A stretch of DNA of 63,924 bases, filler included, from Aduncisulcus paluster (lineage: Eukaryota), in the NCBI GenBank assembly GCA_024181965.1. It is 9 parts of 9 records of this genome, joined end to end, with 100 filler letters (N's around TTAATTAATTAA, not from the genome) between each part and the next. Parts side by side here need not be neighbours in the genome. Positions count along the whole stretch, not along the records: positions 45,716 to 58,798 come from BQXS01000025.1; positions 58,899 to 61,757 come from BQXS01000026.1; positions 61,858 to 63,924 come from BQXS01000069.1; 6 more parts are not named here. One strand, written 5' to 3'. Below are positions 56,257-63,924 of this stretch, one piece after another. Under the pieces are notes generated by a model, which was not told the DNA's origin, ran no database searches, and saw only the letters and a list, made by a program, of their open reading frames with translations. Each line of letters opens with the position of its first letter. Position 1 is the stretch's first letter. Position numbers and translations under genes: made by a program.

Positions 56257-58798
56257 TTATAATCTCTTGTAGAACACAATGAACAATGGATAAGATGCAG
56301 GCAATTCATATTGAATGAACTCACGGTAATTAAATTGCCCAATAGCACTGGTGTGCAACCGACCTTTTCCACCCTGTGCATCGGGGATAATAGGTGGCCG
56401 TGTTGCTTTAGGAGTTCTCTCGGTAGGACCTAAAACCTTGGGCTTAGGGCCAATGATATTTAGGGCAAGCATGATAGTGTACTTCTCTTCGGTGGCACTC
56501 TTTGGACTCGAATATTGATCAGCTTTCTCAATAACTTCTGCAAAATAATTACCCCGACCAAAAGCAGAACTGGAAGTGCTTTCTCTATAATCGAATCCAC
56601 TGATTGCAATTTTCTTCATAATATCGAAGGAAGTACCATGGAACAATAGTTGCTCATCAACATCAGTGCAGAGGCGTACTCTGGATTTCCCAAATGATTT
56701 TACCTTGTTTGGATTCTTATTGGCAGGTTTGATGAGACAATCTCCATATTTCCGGCGAATGTCTGCACGAGCATCACAATATTGCTTGAAAAGGAAAGGA
56801 TTCTCAATTCGAACGGCATCTATGACCTCGAATTTTGTATAAGGTCTAAGACAGACTTTCTGATCATGTGCATGTCCAAGAGAAAGGCTATCTGTACGAG
56901 CGAACAAAGGTTTAATGAAAGAATCAACTTCAGCAGGACTTAATCTTGTGGAACAATCACCAAAAGTTGAAACTTTTTTGAAAGATTTTAGACCATCCAT
57001 GACAAATTGGTCTTGTTTAAACATGGTAAAAAATGATGGAACAACAACATTAGAGCAATCAAGCATCTTTTTCTTGAGTTCTTTTTCCTCTTTGGCTTTT
57101 TGCACCTCAAACTCAGTTTTTTCCTTCTCCATTTGTGTCTTTCTTCGCTTCATCGTACGATCAATCTTGGTACCGTCTATTTGGAGCTGCATAGACATCA
57201 TATTTTGCTCTTGATGGCGTTGTTGTAGGCCCTTTTTCTTTTTGGCAACCTTTGAGTGCTTTGCTTTTATAACATCTACCTTCTGTTTGGCACCATAAAT
57301 CTCATCAAGGTGTATCTCCAAACTTCCCTGTCTCAGAGCCACATTCTCTTTTTTCTTTTGAGCCTTTCGAACAACAGCTCTAACAGAATGTGCCGTGGAT
57401 TGAGTCATGCTATCATTCTCTTCAATGTCTCTATTGATCTTGGAGATAAATTGAGCTTCTTTCATAAGTTTGTCACGGATTAGACGTGCTTTCTTAACCT
57501 TTGATTGCACATCATGTTCTTCTGTTTTGATTGATTCAATTCTTCCCTTTTTTTCGGCAAATTCTTCTTCTTTCGTCTGGAGTTTTGATTTTTCTTTTTT
57601 CAATTGAGATTTTGTCACTTTGTATTTGCTATTCTTTTCCTGAAGATCATCGGTGTATCGTTCAAGACTATGCATCTCAGATTGAAGATCCATCTCTAAC
57701 TTAAAAAGAGTAGAAGTATCTTTACGGGAGAGCATTGGTTGAAGCTCTTCGAAAAGTGATTTCAAGGTTTTCATCTGTGTGGTCATTTCCTTCATAGAAG
57801 AGGATTCAGGTCCACCCATACTTGCATCTTCATCCTCCTCTGTAAATTTTCGAGGCTTCTCTTTCTCCTCCTCACTTTCTTTTCTTTCCCTTTCATAAGA
57901 GTAAGAAGAGGAATAAGAATAGGATGAACTATATTCCTCTTCATCTTCAGAGCCAGAGGAGGAAGAGGAATTCAGCTTGGAAGGGGTGGTTGGCTTGACT
58001 GGCTTCTTTCGAATCACACTTTTGACAGACTTGGGGAGTTCAATTTCAATGGATTTTCCCGTAGATGAGGATGGATCTGTCTCATACAGATTCGCAATAC
58101 TTGTTTCAATTGCTAAATAGCCTGAATAATCAATACGCTTGCTCTTTGAGGAATCTTTCAGGGAGTCAATAGAAATGTCAACAGGAACGGGAGATATCTC
58201 GAATTTTTCACATAACTCGGGTGGAACATAACACAAAGAACTAGCAGCTTCAATCTTACTGAACAATACACACATCGTTGTACGTGTGGACCCGCTGCTG
58301 GGAGCTTTGTCGGGATTGTCAAAGCAAGAGTGGATGTAAGAAGGCCGCAGATCAGGAAACTTTATGTGAGGATTGAAGTCTTTTCTATCCACAGACCAAT
58401 TTGGGTAGACAACGAAAACTCGAGAGCCGTCAGAAAAGGCGAACAGGGGATGCAAGACGAGATGGCCGAAAGGAAAGTCTTCGTCGCACCAATCTGACTC
58501 GTCAGTGGGGATACAATCAGATGATTCATAATAAATACCACATAAATCGTTGGAACGACTGATGTAGACCTGACCTTTGCGCTCCATTTGTAAAATCTTG
58601 TGAATGTAACCAGATGACTCGGGAATCTTCAAAAGTGATTTTAATTTGCAAATTCCTTCGACTAAAGAATCTTTGTGAAGTTTATACCTGTAAAATAGAG
58701 GTATTCTATGGATAAAATGTAAATTGCTACAAATGACGGACCAATGTTTCTGAAAGTCATCCATCGAGACTTTTGAAATTTCTAATGCTTTCATAGAC
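56257..58798 (-). CDS. Coiled-coil protein with a C-terminal PARP catalytic domain, 5' truncated
   Basis: RIENP.L...Y, E.LLFHGT, GFD, FGRGNYFAE...KA.QY and EFIQY.....YP.F.V.Y. Confidence 0.88.
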
Positions 58799-58898
58799 NN
58801 NNNNNNNNNNNNNNNNNNNNNNNNNNNNNNNNNNNNNNNNNNTTAATTAATTAANNNNNNNNNNNNNNNNNNNNNNNNNNNNNNNNNNNNNNNNNNNN

Positions 58899-59429
58899 GG
58901 TCTTATGTTTTGCTCAAGGATTCAATCCTTGGATGATGATATTGTGTGCAAGAGATACGATGAAGAATATGAATCCTCAGAACAGATATGTTCCTCTCAA
59001 ACTTCAAAAATGAGTTATCGAAAGATTCAAACGGTGGCATCGAGTGAGCAACAGTTGTACCCAGATATGCTCTCAACCATCTCTGGGAAACTCATATCCC
59101 TCGAACCAATGTATGGAGTTCCTCCTTGTACAAGCTTCTCTGATGGTGTCCTGATTCGTGTTTATGAGGATTTCGTTGTGAGATGTGATGGGGACCTTGA
59201 AATGTGGGTGTATGCTGGTACAATGAGTAAGGAAACCATTTCATTTGGGGATGAGAATACGAATGGAACTTTCTCAGAGGATTCTTGGAATGAGGAGTTT
59301 GGAATGTTAGGAATTGGGTCGGTTGTGAGGAGACAACCGATAGAATCTGTTGCTGATGACAGTACAAAGTCCTTGCAGACAGCCCAACAATTCTTTCCTT
59401 TTGCCCAAGTTGCGGGTGTTATGTTATAA
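58899..59429 (+). CDS. Hypothetical protein, probably a 3' fragment
   Basis: Open frame from the contig start to a TAA, followed by AT-rich DNA. Confidence 0.5.
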   Translation, partial: GLMFCSRIQSLDDDIVCKRYDEEYESSEQICSSQTSKMSYRKIQTVASSEQQLYPDMLSTISGKLISLEPMYGVPPCTSFSDGVLIRVYEDFVVRCDGDLEMWVYAGTMSKETISFGDENTNGTFSEDSWNEEFGMLGIGSVVRRQPIESVADDSTKSLQTAQQFFPFAQVAGVML

Positions 59430-60009
59430 AGTTTTTTAATGATTTTTACTTATTTGTTTAATGTTATTGTTATTATTGTGGATTTTCTATCAATATCTGG
59501 CTAAATTGATAGCCATTAATTTTGATTTATTTATATTGGTGAAGTTATCTTCTTCACTTCCTGTTTGATCGTGTTAACCACTTCCTATTTACTTATTAAT
59601 AATTGATTTATCGTGTCTTTGTGTTAAATCTCATGCATTATCTAATATTTCTATGGCAAGTAAAATGAAATAATTTATGCCGAGGCACCAAAATAAATGC
59701 GGGTAACACTGTCAAAATCGTGAAAAATCGACAAGATCACTTTTCAAGGAGCAAAGTGGGATCATGGAACCTCAAAAGTGAATGTAATTTATTAAAATGG
59801 ACTGTAATCCTATAATTTCATAACAAGGGCATCTTTCCACATGTTACAACCAAGGATCAACATCTCACCGGTTGCAAACGATGAAACAAATGGAGAAAGC
59901 TATGGAATCATGCTCTTTGGAGTCCAATGTTACAGAGAAAAATGAATAATAATAAACAACAATGGCTATAATATTATATTAATTTGAAAAATTTAATTCG
60001 GAATCTAAC

Positions 60010-61757
60010 TCACCTGGATCGCTTCAAAGTTCTTTGTTTTTCAGCATTTCTCACGACTTGTTCATCCGTTTTGAGACCCTTTTTCTTACAAACATAGAGA
60101 TATAATTTCCTTGCAATACTCATTTTCCCTTTCCCGCTTTCCACTCCTTTCTTACCCCATTCTTCCTCTTCCGCCTGTGTTATACCCTTTTTCTCAAGCA
60201 ATGGCTCACCTTTTACACGGGAATAACCATAAAATTGGAGCATAAACGTTGTATTTCCACTCCCAGCATCTCTTAAAGCATCAGTCAGGCCTCCTGTGGC
60301 TTGGAATATACTATCGGAGTCAGTTTCAGAGTGAATAATGGTTATCTTATCCTCTCCACTGGGCGAATAATCCCCTTGCATTGTGATCTGAGTCGCTTTC
60401 CCAGAATGATGCTGTTTCTCCTTAATACAATCGCTGAGGCGGACAACCTTTGAGTTTCCATACCATCCACTATGAGAATTGGAGTTTGAAGACTTCGCAT
60501 CAGAGTCTTGCGTCATATCCTCGATCTTCTCTCCCTCCCAAGTGATCATTCCTTTGCCTACGCTTTCAACCAGAGGAACAATGGCCTTAATAGTGAATGA
60601 GGCTCCACTCGCATCAACGACTTCCTCTACAATAATACTACGACGTTTCCTAAGTTCCTTATATACATTGCCAAGACAGCTCGAAGGGAGAGCCACGGTA
60701 AGTAGAAGCGTTGGTTCAAGAAGACGAAGAGAAGACGAGGTCGTGAGGGCTGACGTGAAACAGGATGTAAACAGAGTAATGATTGAGGAATGTAAAGAGG
60801 GTGATGGGGCTCGAGATAAACAGGGAGATGAGCCAAGGGATATCGCAGACAAATTGATCTCTTCTTCTTCCTCTTCTTCCTCTTCTTCCTCTTCGCCATG
60901 TTCTTCCTCTTCCTCTTCTTCCTCCTCTTCTTCCTCTTCCTCCTCTTCATCTTCACCTTTACCATGTCTTTCTTCTTCTTCCTCTTCTTCCTCTCCAGCT
61001 GTATATTCATCATCATCGTCATAATGCCAATATTCAACCCTCTTCTCTTCTTTCTCATGATCTTTCTCTTCTTCTTTCTCTTCTTCTAGCTTTTCTCTCT
61101 CTTGCTTTTCTCCCTCTTCTTCCTCTTCTTCTTCTCCTTCTCCTTCTTCTTCTTCCTCAGATACATATATAGGTTCAATCTTCTCAGTTTCTTCTATTTT
61201 TAGATATTCACACATGAATGCGCAAGATACAACTTCTCCACTACATAACGGGCCCTTTTGACAAACGACAGAGAGTGAAGATATCAACAAGGGATATAGA
61301 ATAGAATGTGTATGACCATCCAGCTGTTGGAAAAGAGGAAGAAGCTGAGAGTTGGAACAGTTATACGGAGGGGCAAATATAAGACATGTTGGAGAAGGAA
61401 TGTCAAGACTCGATCTCGACGCTGATGCCTTATCTGCGGAGCTAAAAGAAGGATAATAACCACAAACACGATCGCTCATGTCTTTGCTCCATCCAAAAGC
61501 TTGTAACAGAGATGAAATAACAACAAGAATTGGGTCAACAACGGAAACATGTGTTGCAGAATGAGTTTCTTCGAGAATCTTTCGAACATTTCTGACTTTA
61601 TCCTTGAATCGTTCTCCTCTCATCTCTTGACAAATAACATCAGAAATTGGAATAGCTTTCGTCACAAGTTCACACTCAATGTTAAATACTTTCTCATCAT
61701 CATTATTGGGAGTTGATTGACGAACTTCCCGGAAAGACCTATGAAAATAGTGTGGAG
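60010..61757 (-). CDS. EFL1: Elongation factor-like GTPase 1 (Ria1), C-terminal part
   Basis: GPLC, RLLEP, LGNVY..L.KRR..I..E, F.IKA.VPLVES.G, and the diagnostic end ARK......KKKGL..DEQVV.NAEKQRTLK. Confidence 0.88.
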
Positions 61758-61857
61758 NNNNNNNNNNNNNNNNNNNNNNNNNNNNNNNNNNNNNNNNNNN
61801 NTTAATTAATTAANNNNNNNNNNNNNNNNNNNNNNNNNNNNNNNNNNNNNNNNNNNN

Positions 61858-63384
61858 GAAGCATCTTCTTCAGAACACATGGGAAAGGAATGGCATCAAT
61901 AAGAACAAGAAGAACCTCTCCGAACCCACCACTGCCAATGATGCACTGTGAAGTCAGCGTGGATGCAGATGTCAGGGTTAGCGAGTCGTGCTTGGGGTTA
62001 GACTTGGGCTTGCCATCCTTGGGGTTATCTTTCTTTTTATCCTTATGTTTCTTCTGTTTGGCGTCTTTTGGTCTTGGATCCTTATCATTTCCTTTAATAA
62101 CAACTTCTTCTTCTTCTTCTTCTCCTTCTTCTTTCACAGCTTCTTTAACACGTTTTGATGGCAAAGACAAAGTTGATGTGGGTGTCTTGGAGGAACTGGA
62201 AGGAACAGGAACAGGAGTAAGAAGAGGAGGAGAGGTGGGAATATCATCACCTCGAAGGAAAACAAGGGAGAGGATGTTGAAATAATTTCGACTCACGAAT
62301 TGTCGATTATTCTCCTTCCACCACATTCCTTTCCCTTCAATCTCACACAATACAACATTATCCAAATCAATAGGAAGGAAGTGCCATTCATATTTATGTT
62401 CAGGTCTAGTGAATTCATACTTCTTGAATGTCTTCTTACCATCACAATCAGTGAAAGTGAAGAGAAGAGAGGGTGAACTATCATGCTGATCCGCACAGAA
62501 ATATGAACTGGAATCCTTAATCACACAGATATAAGCACCTTTCATTGGACTAGGTGATGGGAAAGGGATGGAAAGATGGGATAAGCTAATAGAATCTTCC
62601 CCTTTTAACATTTTTTGTGCTCTTAAACTCTGATCATACCCCTTAGATTCCTTACAAAACGCATCATTCTTGCACTTAACCATTGAGAACGAAGGATCTA
62701 CCAGCTTTATATCATCTCGTGGAATGGGAATAGAATATCTTCCTCCTTCCTTAACAAACTCTGGTTTCACAACAGGAGCTTCAGACCATAGTTTCTCTAT
62801 GGCTTCATGAGATTTGATTTCTTCAGGAGTTTCTTCTCTACTAATGAAAACAAGGGATTTGATTCCAAAATACTCTCTATATCTTCCTTTCCCTGTAATC
62901 TCACACAGAACAACATCAGGGAGATCAACAGGAAGGAAATACCAACGCCAACCTTTAAATTCAGGAAGATATTCTCTAAATTCAGGAAAGTCGTATTTTT
63001 TAGGTAATTCGTATTTCTTGAATGTTTTCTCACCCTTTGAAGATGTGAGAGTGAAGATAAGGTGTGATGGAGGTGGAGAATAGATATATATATACAGATA
63101 TAAGCCCCTTTCATTGGAGAAGATGAAGAGAAAGGAATGGATATTTTGGTAAAATGTCCTAAATTCCACTCTCCTTTCATCATCTTTTGTACATTAGAAC
63201 TCTGATCATATTTTGATGTTTTTACAAACAGTATTTTTTTGGATTGGTCCTTAGCTTTCAAAGATTCATACTTTGGGATCTTAATATTGGGGACATCTCC
63301 AGGAATTGGACAGCATCTATCATCTCCTACATGAACAAACTCAGGATCCACAGTTTGAATAACAGCATCTCTGGATGAACCCAT
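61858..63384 (-). CDS. 'MKGAYIC' family member (A-B) fused in frame to a protein kinase N-lobe; frameshifted in domain A, 3' truncated
   Basis: ORF 63384-62797 (MGSSRDAVIQ..GAYIC) and ORF 63169-61802 overlap, with the frame switch at a (TA)n tract at 63084-63094. It ends IIGSGGFGEVLLV...CVLKKML. Confidence 0.82.
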
Positions 63385-63408
63385 TTGAATAGAGATAGAA
63401 TTTCTTAT

Positions 63409-63502
63409 CTAAAAAAAAAAATCAAGCAGAATAATGAATGAATCCGGTTAAAATATTTCTTAATATACATTTAATAAAAGATATGACATATAGTAAACAT
63501 AC
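63409..63502 (-). other. Probable 5' UTR intron (94 nt)
   Basis: GTATGT donor and poly-T TAG acceptor 24 nt upstream of the ATG at 63384. Confidence 0.6.
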
Positions 63503-63924
63503 AATTTCCTTGTACGACGAGAAAAAATGGAGGACTGAACAAGCAACCCTTCAATAGATAAGATTGGAAAATTAAAAAAACACATATAAACGAGTTAAAT
63601 GCTGGTAAATGCTAAAAACATGTTTTATTTTCATTTCCATGCCATGGTGTTTATTCTCGATATCTCAGGCTTTTGGAGACAATACCCTTTAATATTCTTC
63701 AATGCCTTTCTTCCCTTTTTTATTTCTGTCTTTTTAGTATCTCCCTTTCTCAAATGAATGCATCAGCTTCTCAGGCTTTTGGAGAACCCTCAGGACTGGA
63801 TATACTTCCATTTCACGCGTTAAGAACATTTATGAACGATTTCAATGCTATTCAATAACATGGATATATTTCCATTTCATTTCTATCCTTATCCTTGCCT
63901 TTCTGTTTCATTTTCACTTGCTTT

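Noticed and set aside
60479-61089. Antisense and alternate-frame ORFs over low-complexity tracts (many similar cases in the ORF track)
   Set aside because: They are shadows of GAR/TCY-rich coding sequence that lacks stops in other frames.

Overview
Eukaryotic, gene-dense, intron-poor DNA using the standard genetic code. It resembles a free-living fornicate (metamonad); the expanded 'MKGAYIC' repeat family and kinase tails recall Aduncisulcus paluster, but this is from memory and not a database result. The window is not one locus: it is nine contigs joined by artificial 100-bp linkers (N44-TTAATTAATTAA-N44). It also has four 20-N gaps and several exact duplications that look like assembly artefacts. 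Recognisable genes: fidgetin-like AAA ATPase, phosducin-like/TXNDC9, TYW1 radical SAM enzyme lacking its flavodoxin domain, bacterial-type Fe-S L-serine dehydratase with a presequence-like N-terminal extension, CFAP99-like, ERK7/MAPK15, an NT-C2 + DIL protein, a PARP-domain protein, EFL1, Pkr1-like and VMA21-like membrane proteins, and an LRR/EGF protein. The most striking signal is four paralogous genes carrying 13 copies of an unannotated ~170-190 aa beta-rich domain. The domain has a conserved framework, hypervariable loops and alternating hypervariable strand positions. In two genes it is linked to a C-terminal protein kinase, with no evident signal peptide or TM helix, and there are signs of loop and module shuffling. 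This is a candidate diversified intracellular sensor-kinase repertoire. No rRNA, tRNA, CRISPR array or transposase was recognised.
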